The notes: generated by a model not told the origin, from the sequence alone. Positions 54,040-62,594 are shown, numbered from the stretch's first letter. The stretch is 64,000 bases of DNA from an uncultured Bacteroidales bacterium (GCA_946617165.1 CAMOJP010000001.1:2004-66003); one strand, 5' to 3'. Numbers and translations: made by a program.

Positions 54040-55173
54040 ATGGCAGTAGAAGTACGACCTATTAGTAGTAAAAAAGACATTAAACGCTTTATTGAGTTTG
54101 CTAACAATCTATATAAGGATTGCCCTTATTACTGTCCGCCCTTGTTCTTGGACGAGTTGGCAGTATTTGACCGCAAAAAAAATCCGGCTATGGACTTCAG
54201 CGACTTCCAACTGTTCTTAGCCTACCAAAATGATAAAATCGTCGGTCGTATTGCAGCACTGATTAATAACAAAGCCAATGAAGCATGGGGGGTAAAGCAC
54301 GTTCGGTTCGGTTGGATGGACTTTATCGATGACCTCGAAGTAAGTCGCGCGTTGCTCGACGCCGTCGCTGATTGGGGTAAAAAACGAGGCATGACCGAAA
54401 TGAACGGACCTGTCGGATTTACAGATTGGGACCACGAAGGATTACTCCTCGAAGGATATAATTACGTCGCTCCGCTTGCCTCACTTTATAACTATCCGTA
54501 CTACGTCAAGCACATGGAGGCATACGGCCTGACGAAGGACGCTGACTGGGTGGAAATGCTCATTACGTGCCCGGATGCAGTACCCGAAAAAATGGCTCGC
54601 GTTGCCCGAATAGTACAAGAGCGCAGCCACGTTCGAGTAGATAAAGTCCATAGCGCAAAAGAGCTCGTACGCAAGTACGGAAATACATTTATGGACGTCC
54701 TGGACGAAGCGTACCAGAAACTGTATAACTTCCAGCCAATGACAGAACGACAGAAATTGTACTATCGTGATATCTACTTCCCTATCCTCAACTTCGACTT
54801 TGTAACGATTATTGTTAACGAAAAGAACGAAATCGTAGGAGTAGGATTAGGTATGCCGGATATAAGTGATGCCGTTCGTCGTTGCGGAGGTAAACTCTTC
54901 CCGTTCGGCTGGTTCCACATCCTGCGCGCACTCAAAGCGAAACACATGAAACACTTCGACCTGCTACTCGTCGCAGTTAGACCAGACTATCAGGACAAAG
55001 GTATCAATAGTCTCTTCTTCGCAGACCAAATACCTTACTTCAATAAATACGGTGTGAAGACGCTTGACACCACATCCATCTTGGAAACAAATACTAAAAA
55101 CCAACAGCAGTTCCAGCTTTTGGAACATAAGTACCACAAACGCCGTCGTGCTTATATCAAGTCGATTGAATGA
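54040..55173 (+). CDS. GNAT-like acyl-CoA N-acyltransferase-fold protein (about 378 aa), function unknown
   Basis: Weak motif-level resemblance only (..IVGRIAALIN.., ..DYQDKGINSLFF..). The listed start 54025 is TTG; ATG 54040 (MAVEVRP) is preferred. Confidence 0.45.
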   Translation: MAVEVRPISSKKDIKRFIEFANNLYKDCPYYCPPLFLDELAVFDRKKNPAMDFSDFQLFLAYQNDKIVGRIAALINNKANEAWGVKHVRFGWMDFIDDLEVSRALLDAVADWGKKRGMTEMNGPVGFTDWDHEGLLLEGYNYVAPLASLYNYPYYVKHMEAYGLTKDADWVEMLITCPDAVPEKMARVARIVQERSHVRVDKVHSAKELVRKYGNTFMDVLDEAYQKLYNFQPMTERQKLYYRDIYFPILNFDFVTIIVNEKNEIVGVGLGMPDISDAVRRCGGKLFPFGWFHILRALKAKHMKHFDLLLVAVRPDYQDKGINSLFFADQIPYFNKYGVKTLDTTSILETNTKNQQQFQLLEHKYHKRRRAYIKSIE

Positions 55174-55652
55174 TAACTGTCAATCCATATGATAGATTGA
55201 TGATTAAACTCAAGGCATACGCTACGCGTAATCATCTGCGTATGACACCGCAACGCAACGCTGTACTGGAGATATGCTGCAACGAACCGACTCCTATCTC
55301 AACAGCACGATTGGTAACTGTAGCAGCAGAACGAGGCATCAGCCGACCTACCGTATATAACGCTATCGACACGTTCGTACACGCCGAAATACTACAATGC
55401 GTCGGAAAAGCAGTAGATAAAAAATACAGACAGTACGACTTCTTCTTCCAGAAGCATACTTGCATACAAATAGTCTGCACAAGATGCGGACGCATTACAA
55501 AACTGAAAGACAACAACATCACTAAAGCTATACATAACAAAGCATTCACTAATTTTGTCATGCAACACTATACACTGACCGTCTATGGTAAATGTAAAGT
55601 CTGTCGCAGCCTGTTGGCAAAAGAGAACGCCGGTAAAAAACAAGAAGAATAA
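55170..55652 (+). CDS. fur: Fur-family metalloregulator
   Basis: Winged-helix segment LRMTPQR.AVLE, ISRPTVYN, and C-terminal CxxC pairs (CTRCG ... CKVC). An ATGA overlap links it to the upstream gene. Confidence 0.8.
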   Translation: MITVNPYDRLMIKLKAYATRNHLRMTPQRNAVLEICCNEPTPISTARLVTVAAERGISRPTVYNAIDTFVHAEILQCVGKAVDKKYRQYDFFFQKHTCIQIVCTRCGRITKLKDNNITKAIHNKAFTNFVMQHYTLTVYGKCKVCRSLLAKENAGKKQEE

Positions 55653-55654
55653 TT

Positions 55655-56359
55655 ATGGAACAAACCATCCTTAATAACCCTAATCTACTCTATTGGATAC
55701 TCTTCTTAGGAGTCGCTTTGGCAAGTTGGATTGTCAGCGCAATGATGGAGTCCCGCATGAAACGGTATGCACAAGTGCCGCTCAATCTTAGTGGTAGAGA
55801 AGTAGCGGAAAAAATGCTTCGTGACCACGGCATTACGGATGTTAAAGTAACGTGCATAAAAGGACACCTCACAGACCATTACAATCCGGCAGATAAAACT
55901 ATTAATCTGTCAGAGTCCGTCTATAACGAAGCAAATGTAGCGGCCGCAGCGGTAGCCGCTCATGAGTGCGGACATGCCGTACAGCACGCTTGTGCCTATG
56001 CACCTCTGAAATTGCGCTCAGCATTAGTTCCGGTCGTAACATTTGCAAATACGTGGATGACTTGGGTGCTGCTTGGAGGTATTTTATTGGTGGAGGTATT
56101 CCCTTATCTGCTCATTGCCGGTATATGCTTGTTTGCTCTCACTACCTTGTTCTCTTTTATCACCTTACCCGTAGAAGTAAATGCAAGTCAGCGCGCAGTA
56201 AACTGGCTACAAGAAGCCGGTATCACTAACCGGGAGACTACCGAAATGGCTTCCTCTGCTTTACATAGCGCAGCTTACACATATGTTGTGGCGGCATTAT
56301 CCTCGCTCGCAACGCTAATATACTATATCCTCGTTCTCCTCGGAGGAAGACGAGACTAA
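55655..56359 (+). CDS. Membrane zinc metallopeptidase (YugP/Zn_peptidase_2-like)
   Basis: Motif AAHECGHAVQH (HExxH), an N-terminal TM segment and two C-terminal TM segments. Confidence 0.82.
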   Translation: MEQTILNNPNLLYWILFLGVALASWIVSAMMESRMKRYAQVPLNLSGREVAEKMLRDHGITDVKVTCIKGHLTDHYNPADKTINLSESVYNEANVAAAAVAAHECGHAVQHACAYAPLKLRSALVPVVTFANTWMTWVLLGGILLVEVFPYLLIAGICLFALTTLFSFITLPVEVNASQRAVNWLQEAGITNRETTEMASSALHSAAYTYVVAALSSLATLIYYILVLLGGRRD

Positions 56360-56378
56360 AACATAAATACCACTACAA

Positions 56379-56452
56379 GGCCCCGTAGCTTAGTTGAATA
56401 GAGTGTCAGATTCCGGTTCTGAAGGTCCTGGGTTTGAGTCCCAGCGGGGTCA
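56379..56452 (+). tRNA. tRNA-Arg (anticodon CCG), atypical D and T loops
   Basis: GGCCCCGTAGCTTAGTTGAATAGAGTGTCAGATTCCGGTTCTGAAGGTCCTGGGTTTGAGTCCCAGCGGGGTCA. Anticodon stem TCAGA/TCTGA, loop TTCCGGT. The T-loop is TTTGAGT, not TTCGAGT. Confidence 0.75.
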
Positions 56453-56581
56453 CTTCGCGTTCGGCAACAAGTCGCAAAGGTTTATACCACTCCGTTAAAT
56501 AAACGGGCGACTTGTGCCTCCGCTCTCCCCACCACAACAGAGTTGTGTCGGGGCCCCCGAAGGATTTAACTATTTTTAGGT

Positions 56582-56613
56582 ATTGTGGGAATGCGCAAAA
56601 AGCAGTACTTTTG
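56582..56613 (+). promoter_or_regulatory. Promoter of the FeoB-like gene (-33 ATTG / -7 TACTTTTG, 20-nt spacer)
   Basis: ATTGTGGGAATGCGCAAAAAGCAGTACTTTTG, 21 nt upstream of ATG 56634. Confidence 0.5.
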
Positions 56614-56633
56614 CAGTCCGAAAAGAAAAAAGC

Positions 56634-58136
56634 ATGGCTTATAGTACTGACTACATAGAAAATGGCATTCATATCGTAGAAGTGGATGCACGTCACATGG
56701 AAGAAGGTCTGCAACAAGCAGTCCGGTTGTTGGACAAGCGGCAGCACTTCGTTATCTTACTTACTCACTACAAAGACTTGTTAGCCACGGAGCATTGGCT
56801 GGATTATGAATTACTCTCAAAACTGATGGGGGTGCGCATCGGACGGATAGAGGACAAGGACGCCGTCTTAGCGATGCCGAATAATTTCCGCCCCATACAC
56901 ATTGACAGTATTGAGGGATATATACACGGAGCATTGGAAGAGACACTGCACCATGCGCCTAATGATACCAACCATAGTTTTGCAGACCGCTTAGATAAGG
57001 TATTAACCAACCGATGGCTTGGTTTCCCCATTCTTATTGCTATATTATACGCCGTCTTTGAATTAACCTTTGCTATTGGCAGTTACCCGCAAGAATGGAT
57101 CGCAAATGGCATTGATTTGTTATGCGAATGGCTCTCATCCGTCTTGGCACAAGGTTGGCTGAGCAGTCTGTTTATTGATGGTATCGTACGAGGCGTTGGA
57201 GCCGTACTTTCATTCGTACCGAATATCCTTATACTATTTATTCTACTGGCTCTTATGGAAGACTCTGGGTACATGGCTCGTGCTGCCTTTCTTATGGATA
57301 AGATTATGCATGCTGTAGGACTGCATGGACGCAGTTTTATACCTATGCTGGTTGGGTTTGGTTGCAACGTACCGGCTATCATGGCTGCACGAGACATTGA
57401 CAATATCAAGGATCGTACACTCACAATGCTCATGATTCCGTTTATGTCTTGCTCTGCACGACTACCCGTTTACATGCTATTTGTCAGTGCATTCTTTCCA
57501 AGCCATAAGGCACTCGTAATGATGTCACTCTACGCCATTGGTATTGCACTCAGCATCCTTTTTGCCTTAATAATGAAACGTACAAAGTGGTTCCGCCAAC
57601 ATGAACGGGATTATGTCAGCGAACTACCTCAATTCAGCAAACCGACTCTCAAACAGATCGCTACTCATGTATGGGACAGACTATGGGATTATCTTCAAAA
57701 GATAGGAACAGTCATTATATGGGCCAGTATTGTCATATGGGGACTTACATACTTCCCCTCCCACTCTATGGACTTGGAGCACTCGTATTTGGCAATGATA
57801 GGTCAATGGACTGAACCCTTGGTTCGACCGTTAGGATTTGATTGGAAAATGTCGGTATGTTTGTTGACAGGCCTGCCTGCCAAAGAAGCTATTATCTCCA
57901 CCATGGGGATTCTGTATGGCGGAGATGCCACATTATCCGCTTTCACACCGCTTACAGCCTACTCCTTTATGCTCTTTGTCTTACTCTATTTCCCTTGTAT
58001 AGCTACAATCGCGACATTAAAACGGGAAGCAGGAAGACGTTGGGCATGGTTCACTGTATTCCACTCCCTAATCTCAGCTTGGGTGGTTGCTTTTATCGTT
58101 TATCAAATCGGAACAAGCTTATTAACAATAGCATAA
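56634..58136 (+). CDS. FeoB-like ferrous-iron permease lacking a recognisable GTPase P-loop
   Basis: The membrane part matches FeoB gate regions (DRLDKVLTNRWLGFPI, SFVPNILILF, EDSGYMARAAFLMD, GFGCNVPAIMA, LPAKEA). The first 125 aa or so have no GxxxxGK[ST]. Confidence 0.72.
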   Translation: MAYSTDYIENGIHIVEVDARHMEEGLQQAVRLLDKRQHFVILLTHYKDLLATEHWLDYELLSKLMGVRIGRIEDKDAVLAMPNNFRPIHIDSIEGYIHGALEETLHHAPNDTNHSFADRLDKVLTNRWLGFPILIAILYAVFELTFAIGSYPQEWIANGIDLLCEWLSSVLAQGWLSSLFIDGIVRGVGAVLSFVPNILILFILLALMEDSGYMARAAFLMDKIMHAVGLHGRSFIPMLVGFGCNVPAIMAARDIDNIKDRTLTMLMIPFMSCSARLPVYMLFVSAFFPSHKALVMMSLYAIGIALSILFALIMKRTKWFRQHERDYVSELPQFSKPTLKQIATHVWDRLWDYLQKIGTVIIWASIVIWGLTYFPSHSMDLEHSYLAMIGQWTEPLVRPLGFDWKMSVCLLTGLPAKEAIISTMGILYGGDATLSAFTPLTAYSFMLFVLLYFPCIATIATLKREAGRRWAWFTVFHSLISAWVVAFIVYQIGTSLLTIA

Positions 58137-58963
58137 ATGGTCAAACCTGCCGTGGAATGAATATTGAGTTTACGAGTAATATTCTTGCGGTGGGAGATTA
58201 CAGTATGAGTAGAAATGCATAACACATCCGCAATCTCTTTATTACTCAACCCGCGCACAACCTGTATCAACACATCGCGTTCACGGTCACTTAATTCTTC
58301 TGTCTCCTGAATCTGCTGACGACGGCTCTTACGCGGTTTAAGTTTGGTTAGTGCCGGACGATAGATATCATCCTCTATAGCACAATGGTCTGAAAAGTCT
58401 TGCTCCGTATGCCATAACTCACTCATAACACTAATGAGTGTATAGGTCACCGTTCCTTCAAATGATGTACCGGAAGAGGGATAGTACTTGATAATCAAAT
58501 TCTTTATTTCACTAAGCTTATCAGTTATCCTTTGGTCATCGTGCTCATGCTCGTCAAACTGTCCCTCATTCTCATGCTCAATATGAGTACGTATCTCTTC
58601 AACAAACTCGTCATAGCAACGCAATATAAGATTAGGTATCTTTGTGGACGGATCGGCTGGAATAATGGCCTCAATAAGCGCTCTGCGCAGACGAGGCAAA
58701 CGAAAATCAAGAAAATAAGTATGCGCATTATGAAGATAACGCTGTAAAGTAGGTATATCTATCTCATCTAACGTTACACTGTGGTGAAACACTTTATAGT
58801 TAACTACAGCTAAAAAAGTGGGGGTATGTACTCCATGAGCTTCACACACTTGTGATATTGTCTGGTCACCAACTCCCATCGACAAACCAAAGCGACTGAT
58901 GATTTGAATAGCATCTTCCTCATGAGCCATCAAGTCGCATATCTTATCCGTAGCTTTATACAT
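58103..58963 (-). CDS. LuxR-family (HTH) transcriptional regulator with N-terminal hemerythrin/RIC-like putative sensor domain
   Basis: C-terminal LSDRERDVLIQVVRGLSNKEIADVLCISTHTVISHRKNI is a LuxR/GerE HTH. Start trimmed to MYKATDK because the promoter at 58985-59016 lies inside the longer ORF. Confidence 0.72.
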   Translation of the reverse strand: MYKATDKICDLMAHEEDAIQIISRFGLSMGVGDQTISQVCEAHGVHTPTFLAVVNYKVFHHSVTLDEIDIPTLQRYLHNAHTYFLDFRLPRLRRALIEAIIPADPSTKIPNLILRCYDEFVEEIRTHIEHENEGQFDEHEHDDQRITDKLSEIKNLIIKYYPSSGTSFEGTVTYTLISVMSELWHTEQDFSDHCAIEDDIYRPALTKLKPRKSRRQQIQETEELSDRERDVLIQVVRGLSNKEIADVLCISTHTVISHRKNITRKLNIHSTAGLTIYAIVNKLVPI

Positions 58964-58984
58964 AGTAGAATCGTAATTTGGCTG

Positions 58985-59016
58985 CAAAAGTAGTAAAAAT
59001 ATTCGGTTTAGCCAAA
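58985..59016 (-). promoter_or_regulatory. Promoter of the LuxR-family regulator (-33 TTTG / -7 TACTTTTG, 20-nt spacer)
   Basis: Minus strand reads TTTGGCTAAACCGAATATTTTTACTACTTTTG. Confidence 0.55.
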
Positions 59017-59214
59017 TGCGGAGCCCAAAATCACTATTTTTAGGGATGTAGAATGGTTGTATCCTCACACTCGAGCCAGATCAACATGCATTTTTCTCCA
59101 TTTTTTGTTCCTAATTTGTTTTTTTTAACTGCCAGATTATTGCGGGATTATTGCGAGACTTTAGCCTGTCAATAGCAACCTCCATTTTTCTCTATATTAT
59201 TAATGCTTTCTACC

Positions 59215-59232
59215 ATCCCAAATAGTTGGGAT
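59215..59232. promoter_or_regulatory. 18-bp perfect palindrome ATCCCAA-ATAG-TTGGGAT, candidate operator
   Basis: Centred about 50 bp upstream of the -7 box at 59270-59277, between the LuxR-type gene and the divergent secreted-protein gene. Confidence 0.35.
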
Positions 59233-59245
59233 TTTGGGGTATAGG

Positions 59246-59277
59246 CTTGCAAGGATGGGGAAAAAGTAGTAATTTTG
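59246..59277 (+). promoter_or_regulatory. Promoter of the 510-aa secreted protein gene (-33 CTTG / -7 TAATTTTG, 20-nt spacer)
   Basis: CTTGCAAGGATGGGGAAAAAGTAGTAATTTTG. Confidence 0.45.
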
Positions 59278-59346
59278 TCGTCGAAAACAAATGGCTATAG
59301 CCTAATTGGAAATAAATACCAAATACAAATTATAAACTAAATTATT

Positions 59347-60879
59347 ATGCTTATGAAAAAAGTTATCTTTTTAGCAGCTTTAGGGCTGAGTGTAATGGCA
59401 CAGGCAGCAGAACCTGGCTATTTCAAAACATTAGTTGCAGAACAAGCAGACGCTACCAAAGGACAAACGCAATTGTACAACCTCGATTACTATGCTGACG
59501 GCAGTCTGCTACTGCTGTCCAGTTACTCTACGGCTTCCAAGGATGAAGTTGGTTTGCATTTCAATGGTGATACCTATCAAGGAGGTACGGCAAGTAAATT
59601 AGGCTTACAAGCGCTCACAAATGCTTTTATGGCAAAAGTGGACAAAGAAGGTACGGTTCTATGGACTGTTCCGGACACGACGTATCAGTTTGACCTCGGT
59701 GGTAGTGTCAATATGGCTACCAAAGACGGAGGAGCAATCTTTGCGCAGAAGATGCGCAATAAGAAAGGTCGTTACGTAACGTTTATCAACGTGCACGACA
59801 ACACCTCTTTCGTAACCGAGAGCAATAACATCACTGCCAGTTACGAGCGCACCTCCACAATGACTGCAGACCCTAACGACTCATACGCTTGGGCAGGACT
59901 GGCACAAGATGAAGCAAACAACATCTATCTCGCCGGTTATCAAGCTGACACACTCTTCCCTACCTGGATGGACACTATCGCAATGCGTCCGAACAATTGG
60001 AATGGTAATGCACAGCAAAAGAGCAGCAACTGCAACACCGTTATCATCAAATACGACAGCCACATGAAATATCTCGCCTACGTAATCAATAGCGACGATT
60101 TAGTTTACGACCGCCCTGTTAGTATGCACTATGAGAACGGCAAGCTGTATGTGGTTGGTACCTACAAAAACAGTACAGAGAGCGGTATCTATGCTGCTGC
60201 TTACGGAACAGACCTAAAGCGTGAGTTTATCGAATATCACCCGATAAAAGGTAACCTGCAATTCCAACAGACCAAGTTCGAAAAAGGCAGAATTTACATC
60301 TGCGGCGGTATCAGCAAAGGTAGTATCACTATCGGTGAAAAGACTATTTCTACCTCCGGCAACATGAACAATGGTCTCGTTTATGTAATCAACCAAGCGA
60401 ATGGCAAGGCACTCAATGCCGATATCCACGCCGCAGCTAACGACGCTCTGAACATCACCGTTGCGGCTTTCCCAACCGCTACAGGTGTCATTGCATATAA
60501 CCACGAGACGCTAAATGGTATCCAGATGGCATTCAACTACGATGAGGACTTGACCTTGGTCAGCATAGATACGTTGGGTACAGGTGGCGGTTCGTCCACT
60601 ATCAGCTGCGTAGCACGCAATGCAGATGCTACACAAACAGCTATTGGATGCCGCGCAAGAACGGCTGCTGACTACCTGCTCTTAGGACAGACCTTTAACT
60701 TCGCAGACATAACAAACTGGTACAGCGTACTTGCTACATTGAACACCAAGAGCCCGTCAACCGCTATTGAAAGCATTCAACTACCAGCTACACGTACAGA
60801 GAAGTTCATCCAAAACGGACAACTGCTTATCCGCCACAATGGAAAAGTGTACAACGTCGCTGGAGGACTAATGGAATGA
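59347..60879 (+). CDS. Hypothetical secreted protein (510 aa) with short C-terminal tag
   Basis: SPI signal (MKKVIFLAALGLSVMAQA). ATG 59353 is an alternative start. No recognised domain. C-terminus is EKFIQNGQLLIRHNGKVYNVAGGLME. Confidence 0.6.
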   Translation: MLMKKVIFLAALGLSVMAQAAEPGYFKTLVAEQADATKGQTQLYNLDYYADGSLLLLSSYSTASKDEVGLHFNGDTYQGGTASKLGLQALTNAFMAKVDKEGTVLWTVPDTTYQFDLGGSVNMATKDGGAIFAQKMRNKKGRYVTFINVHDNTSFVTESNNITASYERTSTMTADPNDSYAWAGLAQDEANNIYLAGYQADTLFPTWMDTIAMRPNNWNGNAQQKSSNCNTVIIKYDSHMKYLAYVINSDDLVYDRPVSMHYENGKLYVVGTYKNSTESGIYAAAYGTDLKREFIEYHPIKGNLQFQQTKFEKGRIYICGGISKGSITIGEKTISTSGNMNNGLVYVINQANGKALNADIHAAANDALNITVAAFPTATGVIAYNHETLNGIQMAFNYDEDLTLVSIDTLGTGGGSSTISCVARNADATQTAIGCRARTAADYLLLGQTFNFADITNWYSVLATLNTKSPSTAIESIQLPATRTEKFIQNGQLLIRHNGKVYNVAGGLME

Positions 60880-60904
60880 TGAATTGATAAATTGATGAAT
60901 TGAT

Positions 60905-60940
60905 AGAGCCGTACGTCGTTTGACGTGCGGCTCTTGTTTA
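60905..60940. terminator. Rho-independent terminator between convergent genes
   Basis: AGAGCCGTACGTC-GTTT-GACGTGCGGCTCT followed by TGTTTAG. Confidence 0.7.
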
Positions 60941-60962
60941 GTTAAAAATGTAAAATGACGAA

Positions 60963-61397
60963 TTACTGCTCAGGGAGAATGATTTGGTAGGAATCGGCAT
61001 CGATGTAGAACTTCTTAACAGTCGAGCAGACCGAGCAAACCTCTTCGCCCTCTTCGTGCGACTCTTCTGCTTCTTTAACCTCTACCGGTACTTCCAACGC
61101 GCGTAACACGCCGCGCACGCGTACCTCATTATTAACGCACTCAGGCGCGAAAGACTCAAAGGCAACAGCATTAGCACGAATAAACTCACCTTGATCACTA
61201 CTGCGCAAAAACGCTTTACGACCACCATGCTTGCACAAATGCAAACACATACCTTCTACCGAGATGGTATCGCCCACGAGCGAATCACCATGTACAAACA
61301 CTTCGTCCACTAAATAGACTGTTTCTTTCACTTGCCCTTTTTGGCATGCAGTCAACGCCACCAGCGCCACTGCAACGATAAATAGAATCTTTTTCAT
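60963..61397 (-). CDS. Small lipoprotein with Cys/His clusters
   Basis: Lipobox LTAC. CLHLCKHGG and CSVCS motifs and an acidic stretch EAEESHEEGEE. No family recognised. Confidence 0.55.
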   Translation of the reverse strand: MKKILFIVAVALVALTACQKGQVKETVYLVDEVFVHGDSLVGDTISVEGMCLHLCKHGGRKAFLRSSDQGEFIRANAVAFESFAPECVNNEVRVRGVLRALEVPVEVKEAEESHEEGEEVCSVCSTVKKFYIDADSYQIILPEQ

Positions 61398-61451
61398 AAT
61401 TTAAAATTAAAAATTACATATTACAAATGACAAATTATATAATAAGTCTTA

Positions 61452-62594
61452 TTAGAACGTTAAACCGGTTGATAGTCCTACTTGCCAAGCGTGTGCATTA
61501 TCAAACTGTGTCAATCGGGCTTGCGCACGAACTAACCACGAGTAACGCTTTTTGAGCGGGAAAGTATATTGCACCTGAACTCCCTCCTCTACCCGCTGCA
61601 AGAACATGTCATAGTTCACTTTTGCAGCAAAGAGCATATCTCCTACTGGCAATGGTAAACGATAGTCTCCATAAACATGGGCAAACACCAAGTTCTTGCT
61701 ATAATTCGGCACAATGAATAGCAACTCGTAGTAGTTATTGGCATTATCTCCATAGAGATATAGTTCACCACGTTTAAGTTCCGCTCCGGCAGTAGCGGTT
61801 ACTCTCCAACGCGTAGCCACATATCCTATCTGCGCAGAAAGGGTGTGGGTTGTAAGCGCTGCTATTGGAACTTGAGTGTTGATAGAGAGTTCTTTTTTGA
61901 ACCGGAACCAATCATACTGAACTCCTGCCATGAAACCGGTGGTAGGCAGAAGTTGCACGCCTACTCCGGCGCGGTAGCCGGTGTAGTAACTGAGTTTATT
62001 ATTACTGGAGAAGCGCGCATAGGGCTCCGTATCATTCGCCATGTGGTAGATAGTGGTCTCACCTAATTCGGAATAGAATCGTATCTCATTATTCTGCTTA
62101 TACCTACCCCCGTACGCTTGTAGGCTGAGGGCATATTGTTGCCACTGGTACCCGATAGACGCTTCTACACGCAAATCAGTAACTTTATTCTTAGCTCTCG
62201 GGTCACGCATCCGATAACTCTGCTCTGCGCGGAACTGCAATGCGGCATGCCATAAGATATGGTTCTTAAACATTCTATATCCTCCGTAAAAAGCATATGT
62301 CTCGCGTCGCATATCCCCTCCTACACTATCGACTGTCCAATAAGGAGCAACTAATCGGTAGTCGGCATTATCCACATACCGCGTCTGCTTACAATCTTCC
62401 CAGTGATACGACGCCTCGCCGAAAATACGACTACTCGAAGTAATATCATATATGGACTTAGCCTCAACGGAAAAGCCACCAATCTGTGTGCCCTCATAGA
62501 GTTCAGTGCCCTGTCCGAAGTGACCGGATAATGTCAAATCAGTCCGAGCCGTATCGGTAACCAATGCTGTTAATATGACTAATAATATACTCAT
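61452..62594 (-). CDS. Outer-membrane beta-barrel protein (DUF6850-like)
   Basis: Alternating aromatic beta-strand pattern and a terminal LSTGLTF. An ATGA overlap links it to the upstream gene. The family call is from gene context and memory. Confidence 0.55.
   Translation of the reverse strand: MSILLVILTALVTDTARTDLTLSGHFGQGTELYEGTQIGGFSVEAKSIYDITSSSRIFGEASYHWEDCKQTRYVDNADYRLVAPYWTVDSVGGDMRRETYAFYGGYRMFKNHILWHAALQFRAEQSYRMRDPRAKNKVTDLRVEASIGYQWQQYALSLQAYGGRYKQNNEIRFYSELGETTIYHMANDTEPYARFSSNNKLSYYTGYRAGVGVQLLPTTGFMAGVQYDWFRFKKELSINTQVPIAALTTHTLSAQIGYVATRWRVTATAGAELKRGELYLYGDNANNYYELLFIVPNYSKNLVFAHVYGDYRLPLPVGDMLFAAKVNYDMFLQRVEEGVQVQYTFPLKKRYSWLVRAQARLTQFDNAHAWQVGLSTGLTF

Noticed and set aside
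56453-56633. A Fur box upstream of the FeoB-like gene.
   Set aside because: I found no convincing GATAAT/ATTATC-type palindrome near the promoter at 56582-56613, so I make no claim of Fur control of this gene.
56406-56747. A 113-aa minus-strand ORF.
   Set aside because: It overlaps tRNA-Arg antisense as well as the FeoB-like promoter and start. It has no motif or promoter of its own.
58964-59068. Longer N-termini offered by the ORF track for several genes (58103..59068, 805..3129, 4512..6560, 14093..15700, 25015..26115, 45868.., 56583.., 3144.., 22216.., 54025..).
   Set aside because: In most cases a -33/-7 promoter pair or an upstream gene lies inside the extension. A downstream ATG then gives a sensible signal peptide or conserved N-terminus. 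The track also uses TTG and GTG starts.
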